From: Gallionella sp.
Lineage (GTDB): Bacteria; Pseudomonadota; Gammaproteobacteria; Burkholderiales; Gallionellaceae
NCBI GenBank assembly: GCA_030653355.1
Contig: JAURZN010000206.1
Coordinates: 6,137 to 70,136, forward strand
DNA length: 64,000 bases
Reading direction: 5' to 3'
The position numbers and the translations under genes were made by a program. Below, in pieces: positions 55,145 through 64,000 of the stretch. How positions within the stretch are numbered: the stretch's first letter is position 1; every line of letters begins with the position of its first letter. A model generated the notes under the pieces. That model had not been told where the DNA came from, searched no databases, and worked only from the letters and a program-made list of their open reading frames with translations.

Positions 55145-56235
55145 CGTGACACCCCGTTATTCTGGAACTCAACGCGCGCCGTGCGTTTGGTCTTATCGAG
55201 CACCTGCCCTGCCAACTGCCCGCAGGCCGCCGCAATATCATCGCCGCGTGTTTTGCGCGTAGTGGTGACGATGTCCGCCTGCATCAGCACATCGCGAAAC
55301 CGCTGTATCGCATCCGCACCCGAACGCTTATAGGGCGATTGCGGAAACGGATTGAACGGAATCAGATTAAATTTACAGGGCACATCGCGCACCAGCCTGA
55401 CCAACTCGCGCGCCTGCTGCACCGAGTCATTGACCCCGTCCAGCATCACGTATTCAAAAGTAATGAAATCGCGTGGCGCCTTTTCCAGATAACGCCGACA
55501 GGCCGCCAGCAATTCCCTGAGCGGATACTTCTGATTGATAGGCACAAGCTGGTCACGCAGCGTATCGTTAGGCGCATGCAGCGACACCGCCAGCGCCACC
55601 GGACATTCTTCGCGCAATCTATCCATCGCCGGCACGATGCCGGAGGTGGACACCGTCACGCGACGACGCGACAGCCCGTAAGCCTGATCATCCAGCATCA
55701 GACGCAAGGCACTCACCGTATTATCGAAGTTGAGCAGGGGCTCGCCCATGCCCATCATTACCACATTGCTGATCGCCCAGTTACCTTCGGCATTCTTGCC
55801 TAACTGATGATTCGCCCACCACAGCTGACCGATGATTTCCGCCACGGAAAGATTGCGATTGAAACCCTGCTTGCCGGTAGAACAAAACGAACAATCCAGC
55901 GCACAGCCGGCCTGCGAGGAAATGCACAGCGTCCCGCGTGTCGCTTCGGGAATGTACACCGCTTCCACGGCGTTGCCCGTACCCATATTCAGTAACCACT
56001 TGCGCGTACCATCGTCAGACAGTTCTTCGCGCATCACATCGGGCGCGGTAATACACGCGCATTGCGCGAGTTTCTCGCGCAACTTTGCCGCGATGTCTGT
56101 CATCGCGGCAAAATCGGACTCGCCGACCTGATGCATCCAGCGCAGCAACTGCTTTGCACGAAACGGCTTCTCGCCCATTTCCGTGAAATAAGCGGTCAAT
56201 GCATGTGCATCAAGATCGAGGAGGTTTTGTTTCAT
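55141..56235 (-). CDS. rlmN: 23S rRNA/tRNA m2A methyltransferase RlmN
   Basis: [27 protein letters not shown]. Confidence 0.97.
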   Translation of the reverse strand: MKQNLLDLDAHALTAYFTEMGEKPFRAKQLLRWMHQVGESDFAAMTDIAAKLREKLAQCACITAPDVMREELSDDGTRKWLLNMGTGNAVEAVYIPEATRGTLCISSQAGCALDCSFCSTGKQGFNRNLSVAEIIGQLWWANHQLGKNAEGNWAISNVVMMGMGEPLLNFDNTVSALRLMLDDQAYGLSRRRVTVSTSGIVPAMDRLREECPVALAVSLHAPNDTLRDQLVPINQKYPLRELLAACRRYLEKAPRDFITFEYVMLDGVNDSVQQARELVRLVRDVPCKFNLIPFNPFPQSPYKRSGADAIQRFRDVLMQADIVTTTRKTRGDDIAAACGQLAGQVLDKTKRTARVEFQNNGVSR

Positions 56236-56660
56236 TAACGAGAATAAACATTCATCGCCGGGAAGAAATAGGCGATTTCCACCGCAGCGGTTTCAGCTGC
56301 ATCGGAACCGTGCACCGCATTTGCATCGATGCTGTCAGCAAAATCAGCGCGTATCGTGCCTTTTTCAGCCTTCTTCGGGTCAGTTGCGCCCATCAGATCG
56401 CGATTTTTCAAGATCGCGCCTTCGCCTTCCAACGCCTGTATCATCACAGGACCGGAAATCATGAAGCTAACCAGGTCGTTAAAGAAAGGACGCGCTGCGT
56501 GTACAGCGTAAAAACCTTCCGCTTCGGCGCGTGACAATTGCGTCATGCGTGCAGCGATAACTTTCAGGCCGGCGCCTTCAAAACGGGAATAAATTTGACC
56601 GATGACATTTTTGGCAACAGCATCAGGTTTGATAATCGACAGGGTACGTTCAACAGCCAT
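56235..56660 (-). CDS. ndk: Nucleoside diphosphate kinase
   Basis: [18 protein letters not shown]. Confidence 0.98.
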   Translation of the reverse strand: MAVERTLSIIKPDAVAKNVIGQIYSRFEGAGLKVIAARMTQLSRAEAEGFYAVHAARPFFNDLVSFMISGPVMIQALEGEGAILKNRDLMGATDPKKAEKGTIRADFADSIDANAVHGSDAAETAAVEIAYFFPAMNVYSR

Positions 56661-56945
56661 GCTACATTCTCCACAAAGTAAATAAAACTCAAAATTAATA
56701 AAAATACCACCGCGCATTCTATCAGGCTTTGATTAGCCTGTCGCCCGACCAGCGCCTGAGGACACGCACATAATTTATGGCTGGCAAACCGAAAACCAAA
56801 CCGCAAATTTGCCCGGATCGGATTAAAATACGCCACGGTAAAGATTTCCTGATAACTGCCGATACTAAACTCAAAGGGATAGCCTATGAGTTGAAGCATC
56901 CGCCCTATCCCGACTTTTATCAGCTGAACGCGAGGGGCAGCAATC

Positions 56946-57074
56946 ATGAGCGTAACCTTCAGAATCAACGAGCGCCTTTACCGTGCTTATCCGACCCGCT
57001 TCTTTTGCGATGGCATCGAAATTCCGGCGACCGAGTTTTATGCCGCAATCAGATCGCATTACCGCCGAACCTGA
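56946..57074 (+). CDS. Putative 42-aa small protein
   Basis: GAGGGG RBS; MSVTFRINERLYRAYPTRFFCDGIEIPATEFYAAIRSHYRRT; stops 18 bp before the next gene. Confidence 0.5.
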   Translation: MSVTFRINERLYRAYPTRFFCDGIEIPATEFYAAIRSHYRRT

Positions 57075-57092
57075 ACAATCTACAAATCACTT

Positions 57093-58310
57093 ATGCGCAT
57101 ATTTATGCTATTGATGCTGCTGGTTTCAGCAGTATCACACGCCGAAACAAATACATTAAACGAGGCACTGCGGGCACAGGAGGCAGGCGATTACGCGAAG
57201 GCCGCAACCCTCTTTACACCTCTGGCAGAAAAAGGCGATGCGCTCGCGCAGTTCAATCTGGGCGTGCTGTACAGCCAGGGCCGCATCATCCTGAAAGATT
57301 ACCGCGTGGCGCTGCAATGGTATCTGGCTGCGGCTGAACAAGGGCACGCGCAAGCCCAGAACAATCTGGGTGAACTGTACTTAAGCGGCAAAGGCGTGCC
57401 TCAGGATTTCAAAAAATCCCTGCGCTGGTTTGCATCAGCCGCCGGTCAGGACCATGCCTCAGCCCAACTGCACATCGGCGAGATACACGCGGCCGGACAA
57501 GGCGTACCCCAGAACTACCCGGAAGCCATCAAATGGTATCGTCTGGCTGCCGCTCAGGGTAATGCCGTCGCTCACGCACGACTGGGTGAATGTTATGAAA
57601 ACGGGCAGGGTGTTGCGCAGGACAGCGCCGACGCCGCCGTGTGGCTGAGCGGTGCGGCAAACAACGCCAGCGATGTGAACAGCCGCAACGCCTATCTGGC
57701 ACAACGCGATGTCATTACCAAAGGGATAGCCAGCCGCCAGTTGGCCCGTGAGCAACAACTGGCCCGCGAGGAAACCGAACGGGAAAAGATCGCCGAAGCG
57801 GCAAGAATCGAAAACGCACGCAAGCAGGCCGAACAAGTCGCACTTGCCCAGGCCGCTGAACAGGCCAGACAAAAAGCGGCCGCCGATGCGGCACTCGAAG
57901 CACAGATATTGGCTTATAAGCAGGCCAAAATCGAAGCGCAAGCGGCCAAATTGCAAGCACAGCAGGAAGAAAAGGCTAGGCGCAAAACGGAATCAGCACA
58001 ACGCAATGCTCAATTTGAAGCCGCAGCTGCGCAGCGTCGAGCCGAGATCAATGCCGAAGCCAGACGACGCAACGCCGAACACAGCGCGCTGGAAAAGAAG
58101 CTCAAAGCCGCGCGCAAGGCAAAACAACAAACCGAAGCCGCCAACGATAGTCAAATCAAGGCACGGCACACGAACAAACTGGAGGAAATTGCTGAAGAAC
58201 CGCAGGATATGCTGATGAATGAACGCGCTGCAAACACAATAAGCTTGCCCCCCAAAACACCGATCAAAATGAAACAGATCGAATGGTCAAAGGAAAAAGT
58301 CAGCCACTAG
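57093..58310 (+). CDS. Secreted Sel1-repeat protein with C-terminal coiled coil
   Basis: Signal peptide, four AQxxLGxxYxxGxGV repeats, Ala/Gln/Glu/Lys-rich tail. Confidence 0.88.
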   Translation: MRIFMLLMLLVSAVSHAETNTLNEALRAQEAGDYAKAATLFTPLAEKGDALAQFNLGVLYSQGRIILKDYRVALQWYLAAAEQGHAQAQNNLGELYLSGKGVPQDFKKSLRWFASAAGQDHASAQLHIGEIHAAGQGVPQNYPEAIKWYRLAAAQGNAVAHARLGECYENGQGVAQDSADAAVWLSGAANNASDVNSRNAYLAQRDVITKGIASRQLAREQQLAREETEREKIAEAARIENARKQAEQVALAQAAEQARQKAAADAALEAQILAYKQAKIEAQAAKLQAQQEEKARRKTESAQRNAQFEAAAAQRRAEINAEARRRNAEHSALEKKLKAARKAKQQTEAANDSQIKARHTNKLEEIAEEPQDMLMNERAANTISLPPKTPIKMKQIEWSKEKVSH

Positions 58311-59697
58311 CCCGCCCCCTCAAGGACATCCGGACTGCCGCCTCGCCTTGTTCCGCCTGATATTCAGCCGCAATCGCTACTCCCGCAACACTCACCAGCA
58401 CATCGCCGCGATACAACAAGGGCAGGCGGTCGCGCTGCCACGGCGGCACATGATGCTCTTGCAGCAGATTTTTCAGCGTGCGCGTGGCGCCATTTGCCCG
58501 GGGCCGCAGCGTTTCGCCCCCCTGACGCAGACGCACGCTGACATCAGCGCCTTGCAATTTCGCCAGGCTGACACCCTGCCCGACACCCTGCCGGAACTCG
58601 ATACTGGAATCTAGCGCAGGCCATGCCAGCTCAGCCTCACCCCGCCACGACACGCTCAGATTGCGGTCGAATTCGTCCAGAGCACGCAACACATACACGC
58701 GCCCCTGATAACGACGCAACTGCCATACGCCGCCCGCAAAGCGCAGGCACACAGCGGCATCTTCACGCGCAACGCACAACTGATTAACCATATCGATGAG
58801 TTGCACGGTTTGCGGCATGGGCGCACCCAGCTGATACAAAAAATAGCGCAACAGATTTTTTGCCCGCGACAGACTCAATGTTTTAAGAGTCGCAAGCAAC
58901 AGGGTATTTCCCGAAATGGATGCGGCCGCATCAATGCGCGCCAGCTCATCGAGCAGTTCACTCGCCTCGCCGAAGTGCTGCGCGCTGCGCGTCAGCGTGT
59001 CGCGATAGACAGGGAATTTTTCGCCCAGCACGGGCAGCAGACGATGGCGCAGAAAATTACGCGGATAACTGTCATCCGCATTGCTCTCATCTTCTATCCA
59101 TTGCAGCTCATGCGCTGCGGCATAAGCCAGAATTTCCTGACGTGAACAATGCAGCAATGGCCGAACTTGCCTGTGCGAACTCGTCTGCACGGAAAGCAGC
59201 GGCATCGCACTCGCGCCGCGCACCCCTGCACCGCGCAGCAGTTGCAGCAACAAGGTTTCAACCTGATCGTCGGCGTGATGCGCGAGGGCGACAAAATCGC
59301 AGGACTGCGCGGCGAATGCCGCGTGACGCAAACGGCGCGCAGCAGCCTCGATGCCTTGCGCACGCAAAGGGGTAATGTCCACATGTTCGATGTGCAGGGG
59401 AATAGCGAGGCGCTCGCACAACCCGACGCAAAAATCCGCCCACAGGCCGGCATTCGGGCTGATGCCGTGATGGACATGCAAGGCGAAAAGCTGCCAGGAA
59501 TGACGCGGTGCGAGCCTGTGCAACAGGTGCAACAACACCACCGAATCCACACCGCCGCTCAAGCCGACCAGAATGGCGCTGTTTACGGGCAGTAACGGTG
59601 TGATGCCCGCCGCGACCCGTTCCAGCAGTGCAGACTCGCACAAAGCATGACGCTCCGCCGCGAGCGGGGGAGCGTCAGGAGAGAGGGGGACAGACAC
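58300..59697 (-). CDS. tilS: tRNA(Ile)-lysidine synthase
   Basis: SGGVDS, HVHHG, AHHADDQVET, DESN, RNFLRH; start uncertain. Confidence 0.93.
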   Translation of the reverse strand: MSVPLSPDAPPLAAERHALCESALLERVAAGITPLLPVNSAILVGLSGGVDSVVLLHLLHRLAPRHSWQLFALHVHHGISPNAGLWADFCVGLCERLAIPLHIEHVDITPLRAQGIEAAARRLRHAAFAAQSCDFVALAHHADDQVETLLLQLLRGAGVRGASAMPLLSVQTSSHRQVRPLLHCSRQEILAYAAAHELQWIEDESNADDSYPRNFLRHRLLPVLGEKFPVYRDTLTRSAQHFGEASELLDELARIDAAASISGNTLLLATLKTLSLSRAKNLLRYFLYQLGAPMPQTVQLIDMVNQLCVAREDAAVCLRFAGGVWQLRRYQGRVYVLRALDEFDRNLSVSWRGEAELAWPALDSSIEFRQGVGQGVSLAKLQGADVSVRLRQGGETLRPRANGATRTLKNLLQEHHVPPWQRDRLPLLYRGDVLVSVAGVAIAAEYQAEQGEAAVRMSLRGRASG

Positions 59698-59711
59698 GGT
59701 TGGACGCGTCC

Positions 59712-60677
59712 CTACAGTTCGACTTCCTTGTATTTGCCATAGCTCATCAGGCGATTGAAGCGATGCTGTAACAAATCATTGGTTGTTTTAACCTGCGTGG
59801 TTTTCAGCGCGTCCTGCAAGGCTTTTTTCACGCTCTGCATGGTCGCCGCGTAGTTGCGATGCGCGCCACCCAACGGTTCGCTGATAATCTTGTCCACGAT
59901 GCCCAGCGCCTTCAGCCGGGTCGCCGTAATACCCAGTGTTTCCGCCGCATCCGCTGCATTGTCCGCGCTCTTCCACAATATCGACGCACAACCCTCGGGC
60001 GAAATCACCGAATACGTGCTGTATTGCAACATCAACATGGCATCCCCTACCGCAATCGCCAGCGCCCCGCCCGAACCGCCTTCACCGATGATGGTGCAGA
60101 TGATAGGCACGCGCAATTCGCTCATTTCATACAAATTGCGACCAATCGCCTCAGACTGACCACGCTCTTCCGCACCCACCCCCGGATAAGCACCGGGCGT
60201 ATCAACAAAGGTCATGATGGGAATGCCGAATTTTTCCGCCAGACGCATCAATCGCATCGCCTTGCGATAACCTTCAGGACGCGGCATACCAAAATTGCGT
60301 ACGATTTTCTCCTTGGTGTCCCTGCCCTTCTGATGGCCGATGACCATCACGCTCTGGCCATTGAATCGCGCCAGACCTCCGACGATGGCCTTGTCATCGG
60401 CAAAGTTGCGATCACCATGCAACTCCTCAAAATCAGTGAATAAATGCTCAATATAATCAAGCGTATATGGGCGCTGAGCATGGCGAGACACCTTCGATAT
60501 TTGCCATGGAGTAAGCTTGGCATAGATATCTTTGGTCAAGGTCTCGCTTTTCTTCGATAGCTGCGCGATTTCTTCTGCGATATCGAGTGCGGCGTCATCG
60601 TGCACATTGCGAAGTTGCTCGATCTTGTCTTCCAAATCCGCAATAGGACTCTCAAAATCCAAAAATGTAACTTTCAT
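59712..60677 (-). CDS. accA: Acetyl-CoA carboxylase carboxyltransferase alpha
   Basis: [33 protein letters not shown]. Confidence 0.98.
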   Translation of the reverse strand: MKVTFLDFESPIADLEDKIEQLRNVHDDAALDIAEEIAQLSKKSETLTKDIYAKLTPWQISKVSRHAQRPYTLDYIEHLFTDFEELHGDRNFADDKAIVGGLARFNGQSVMVIGHQKGRDTKEKIVRNFGMPRPEGYRKAMRLMRLAEKFGIPIMTFVDTPGAYPGVGAEERGQSEAIGRNLYEMSELRVPIICTIIGEGGSGGALAIAVGDAMLMLQYSTYSVISPEGCASILWKSADNAADAAETLGITATRLKALGIVDKIISEPLGGAHRNYAATMQSVKKALQDALKTTQVKTTNDLLQHRFNRLMSYGKYKEVEL

Positions 60678-60705
60678 GTTTAATCCTGGCTGGTAACTAA
60701 CATGC

Positions 60706-60740
60706 AGCAACTAGCAACTAGCGACTAGCGACTAGCGACT
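60706..60740. repeat. Five tandem 7-mers AGC(A/G)ACT upstream of accA
   Basis: agcaact agcaact agcgact agcgact agcgact; same unit as the dapD-flanking cassettes. Confidence 0.75.
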
Positions 60741-60792
60741 GCTTTGAATATATTTGTTCGGCGAATGTCACGCCAATTCCGGCGCGATGATA

Positions 60793-62319
60793 CTACAAAC
60801 CGAAGAATCGTTTAACGTTCAGCAACAGCTCATTTTGCTGCGAACTCGTTTCCTGCCGACTGACTTGTCCGTCCATGTGGTGCAACACACTGTCCATCTG
60901 CGCACGTCGTTCCACCAGAATATGCGTGATTTCCTCCGCCAGACTCGGTCTGGCCTGCATGATTCCGGCAAAAGCCTCCTTGTCGAGGCGGTAGCATTCC
61001 ACATCGCTGGTGGCGATCACCGAAGCCGAACGCGGCTCACCGGTCATCATGCCCATCTCGCCAAAGAAGCTCCCCTTGGACAGAACATTTACGCTGCGCC
61101 GCTCACCATTGGGCGTTTCAAAAAACACCTCGGCCTCACCGTTGATGATGATGTACAGCCAGTGCGCCACCGCCCCCTGCCTGGAGATGATATTACCCTT
61201 GGCAAACTGGGCGTATTTAAGTCTGTCCGCCAACGCGTTCAATTCATCGTCAGTCATTTGCGCAAACAATTCAACGCGTTTGAGCGCCTTGACACGTTGC
61301 TGCGCCTCACGCTGATGCACCACACCCGCGTATTTTTCATTTTCCTTGACGTAATGTACCTTCTGCTCCTCCACGACCAGCCGGATGCCCGCGCGTTGCA
61401 GTGCAGTATAAACATGCCAACGCACAGCCGCATCGGTCGGATCATCCACTGCCAGATCGGTCAGCCAGTAGCGGAAGGCGTAGCGCGCTATCCCCTTATC
61501 CATCTCCATTAACACGCAGCTGGGCCGGGGCAGTTTGGCGACATTGCTGATATCCGCCTGAAGCAGCGTTTCTTCCACCGCCTTGGACACCTGCCTGGGC
61601 GATGCATCAAGACTAACGCCAAACCATATCCAGCGGCGCAACTGTACCGGCTGCGCAGTACGCCGCCCCAGCACCAGAAACTTATTTTTCATCAACTGAC
61701 TATTGGGGAACACCACCGTTTCCCAATTGCGTGTTTCCACCAGCGTGGAACGCCAGCGTATATCCACTACGCGGCCAACCACCTTATCCACCTCAATCCA
61801 GTCGCCGATCTCGATCGAATTATCCAGTTGCAGCGCCAACCCGCCCAGAATATTGCCCAGCGTATCCTGCATCGCGAAGGCCACCACGGCAGTGATCATC
61901 GCCGAGGTCGCGACGATGCTGCCCAGATCCAGCCCCGCATAACGCAGCCGCACCAGCCCCCAGGCAAGATAGGCAATGATGACAAAAATATCTTCCGTGA
62001 TGCGCGGCGGTTGCAGCCGGGTCAAAGGCAGTACGATGCGAAACACCAGCAATCCAGACAGCCGTATGACTGCGATGCCCATGCCTATCACGGCGACTTC
62101 ACGGAACATGGCCGCCGAAGCGAATTGCATGGCATGTATCATGCCGCTGAGCAAGGCAAGCGCCTGACAACTAATGAAGAAAATCAGCGTATTGAGCACG
62201 CTCTTGTGATCTTCCCTAAGAAAATGCAGCAGAAACAAGGCGATGCCCAACGCGATGAGCAATATCGTCAACGACTCATCATTCCAAAAATACTGTATCG
62301 CCGTATGCCAGAAAGCCAT
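60793..62319 (-). CDS. MscS-family channel with C-terminal cNMP-binding domain (bCNG type)
   Basis: FAMQDTLGNILGG, GDWI, IRWRST, FPNS; FFGEMGMMTGEPRSASV. Confidence 0.92.
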   Translation of the reverse strand: MAFWHTAIQYFWNDESLTILLIALGIALFLLHFLREDHKSVLNTLIFFISCQALALLSGMIHAMQFASAAMFREVAVIGMGIAVIRLSGLLVFRIVLPLTRLQPPRITEDIFVIIAYLAWGLVRLRYAGLDLGSIVATSAMITAVVAFAMQDTLGNILGGLALQLDNSIEIGDWIEVDKVVGRVVDIRWRSTLVETRNWETVVFPNSQLMKNKFLVLGRRTAQPVQLRRWIWFGVSLDASPRQVSKAVEETLLQADISNVAKLPRPSCVLMEMDKGIARYAFRYWLTDLAVDDPTDAAVRWHVYTALQRAGIRLVVEEQKVHYVKENEKYAGVVHQREAQQRVKALKRVELFAQMTDDELNALADRLKYAQFAKGNIISRQGAVAHWLYIIINGEAEVFFETPNGERRSVNVLSKGSFFGEMGMMTGEPRSASVIATSDVECYRLDKEAFAGIMQARPSLAEEITHILVERRAQMDSVLHHMDGQVSRQETSSQQNELLLNVKRFFGL

Positions 62320-62347
62320 GGTATCTCCGCTGCTCATCTCGTTGAAT

Positions 62348-63352
62348 TTATACTGCTGAATATTCAGGCAGGCTTTTAGCGCGCCGCCACACAGCCCAGG
62401 CATCGCCGCGCGTCAAATGCAATTGCCGCAAGGTATCACCACCTGAAATATCGAGCTGCAGACGGGCGATTTTCCCGCTGCGCAGGGCCTGCCATAACGG
62501 CTGCGCGTAGCCGTTCTCAAAATCCTGCAAGGCCTGCCGCCACGCCAGCAGATCGCCACGCCGCAAGGCACTGCGCAACCCGGTCCAGACCAGCAACTGC
62601 CTCTCCCCACCGGCTTCGCTGCGCCACGACGCCGACCAGTCAGTAAACTGAACACCGGCGGCGGACGCGAGCATTTCAACCAGCACCTCATCCGAACTCA
62701 CGCTGTCATAAGCGCATCGCGGCGATATATCGTTGCTGCCATTGCCCCAGAACCACACGCTGTTGACCGGCACTGCACCGCGCGCCTCTCGCGCCGCATT
62801 GAGCGGATGCGCGAACAACAGCATCTGCACCTCATTGAACACCTGATGCCAGCGCCGCGCCTCGGCACCAGTCGGTAAATTGCCGTGTATATTATGCCCG
62901 GCGGCCTGCGACAGCGGCACGGTCGCGATGTCCGGCAACGCAGCCAGCTTCAGATACCAGCGTTGCGGATGCGGCGCAAAAAACTCCATACCTTGCCCGG
63001 CAAAATGTTCATTCAGGCTGGCGCACCATTGCCGCGCCTCATCGGCGCTGACGTCCACATCAGGCAACAGCACCACCTGCTCCCGCTGCAAACGCACATG
63101 CACCGGATCAGCCCGCACCCAGCACCCTTCCCCCATTCCGTCGAACACCGCCGAGATCGACGCCACCCCCGCCCCGCACGGCACATCGAACAAACCGCAC
63201 AACGCATCTTCCAGCGAAACAGCCCGCCGCGTTTCAACACGCCCCCGCGCCAATATCCTTTCCAGTGCGGGCAAATGCAGCTCCGCACACACCTCCGCAG
63301 CAAAATCCTTGGGCAGGAACAAATCGGCAACAAGCAGATGAACATTTTTCAT
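62348..63352 (-). CDS. Conserved hypothetical protein resembling the cofactor-independent phosphoglycerate mutase-like family
   Basis: RADPVH, NEVQMLLFAHPLN..RE, VNSVWFWG. Confidence 0.7.
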   Translation of the reverse strand: MKNVHLLVADLFLPKDFAAEVCAELHLPALERILARGRVETRRAVSLEDALCGLFDVPCGAGVASISAVFDGMGEGCWVRADPVHVRLQREQVVLLPDVDVSADEARQWCASLNEHFAGQGMEFFAPHPQRWYLKLAALPDIATVPLSQAAGHNIHGNLPTGAEARRWHQVFNEVQMLLFAHPLNAAREARGAVPVNSVWFWGNGSNDISPRCAYDSVSSDEVLVEMLASAAGVQFTDWSASWRSEAGGERQLLVWTGLRSALRRGDLLAWRQALQDFENGYAQPLWQALRSGKIARLQLDISGGDTLRQLHLTRGDAWAVWRRAKSLPEYSAV

Positions 63353-63581
63353 GAGCGCGAGTTTAACCCAAATAATCCATCAGACCGTCATTCCGGCACA
63401 GGTCTAAATTCAGCCCTGTCTGAATCGCACGACATCTTCGGGCGTGTGGCCATTACTACTTATCCTGTGAGTTTTTAATCTGAACAACGCTCAGACTATA
63501 ATTCAATACATCTCGCGCGCTATTATCTCCCGCCGCCTTGTGGCAAACTGTCGGCCGTTCCAACACACCGACAAATCCACC

Positions 63582-64000
63582 TTGCAACCCTACGAACTGT
63601 TCATCGGTCTGCGCTACACGCGCGCCAAGCGCCGCAATCATTTCATTTCCTTCATTTCGCTGATTTCCATGCTGGGCATGGGGCTGGGCGTGATGGCGCT
63701 GATCGTCGTGCTGTCGGTAATGAACGGGTTTCAGAAGGAGATCCGCGCGCGCATGCTGGGCGCCTCGCCGCATCTGGAAGTGGTGGCGGACGGCGGACGG
63801 ATGGAAAACTGGCAACCGATACTGGCTGCGGTTTCGCAACACCCGCAGGTCACCGCTTCCGCACCCTACGTGTCCGGCCAGGGCATGCTGTCGTTCGGTC
63901 AGAGCGTACAGGGTGTGATGGTGCGCGGCATCGATCCGGCGCGCGAGACTGCCATCACCGATCTATCCAATAAAATCAAGGCCGGTACTTTGGCGGATTT
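63582..64000 (+). CDS. lolC: Lipoprotein-releasing ABC permease LolC/E (truncated by window end)
   Basis: TTG start; PYELFIGLRYTRAKRRNHFISFISLISMLG..VLSVMNGF. Confidence 0.9.
   Translation, partial: MQPYELFIGLRYTRAKRRNHFISFISLISMLGMGLGVMALIVVLSVMNGFQKEIRARMLGASPHLEVVADGGRMENWQPILAAVSQHPQVTASAPYVSGQGMLSFGQSVQGVMVRGIDPARETAITDLSNKIKAGTLAD

Noticed and set aside
56775-56830. c-di-GMP-I riboswitch (GGCAAACC..GCAAA)
   Set aside because: No paired P2 stem with GNRA loop or following P3 could be built
60793-62319. MscS-cNMP fusion as a novelty
   Set aside because: Already described as the bacterial cyclic nucleotide-gated (bCNG) channel subfamily
63386-63400. CGTCATTCCGGC start of a REP-like repeat
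   Set aside because: The matching second half of the palindrome is missing and there is no second copy in the window

Overview
Chromosomal window of a betaproteobacterium. Gene content and order suggest Gallionellaceae/Nitrosomonadales (inference). The first ~13 kb is a nitric-oxide module. It has an operon for an eNOR-type heme-copper reductase (CuA subunit II; subunit I with Gln in place of the cross-linked Tyr), two unannotated small membrane paralogs, heme O synthase, SCO, a cytochrome b-[2Fe-2S]-FAD/NAD reductase fusion, and a second subunit-I paralog lacking the CuB His-His pair. Next come nsrR and DUF2249/hemerythrin-like genes, with two matching NsrR-type operators. The rest is c-di-GMP signalling plus housekeeping: trxB, smc, queF, selD (in-frame TAG)/mnmH, purT, fbaB, dapCDE, prmB, hpnCDE, lysS, ndk-rlmN-pilW-rodZ-ispG-hisS-yfgM-bamB-der, tilS, accA and lolC/E. 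Gene junctions hold several miniature repeat families. These are three MITE copies (one with a nested IS1595-type MITE), inverted 7-mer tandem-repeat cassettes, and REP-like repeats carrying a site-specific hairpin insert with covarying pairs, one of which is read in frame in hpnE. No rRNA, tRNA, CRISPR array or transposase gene was recognised.
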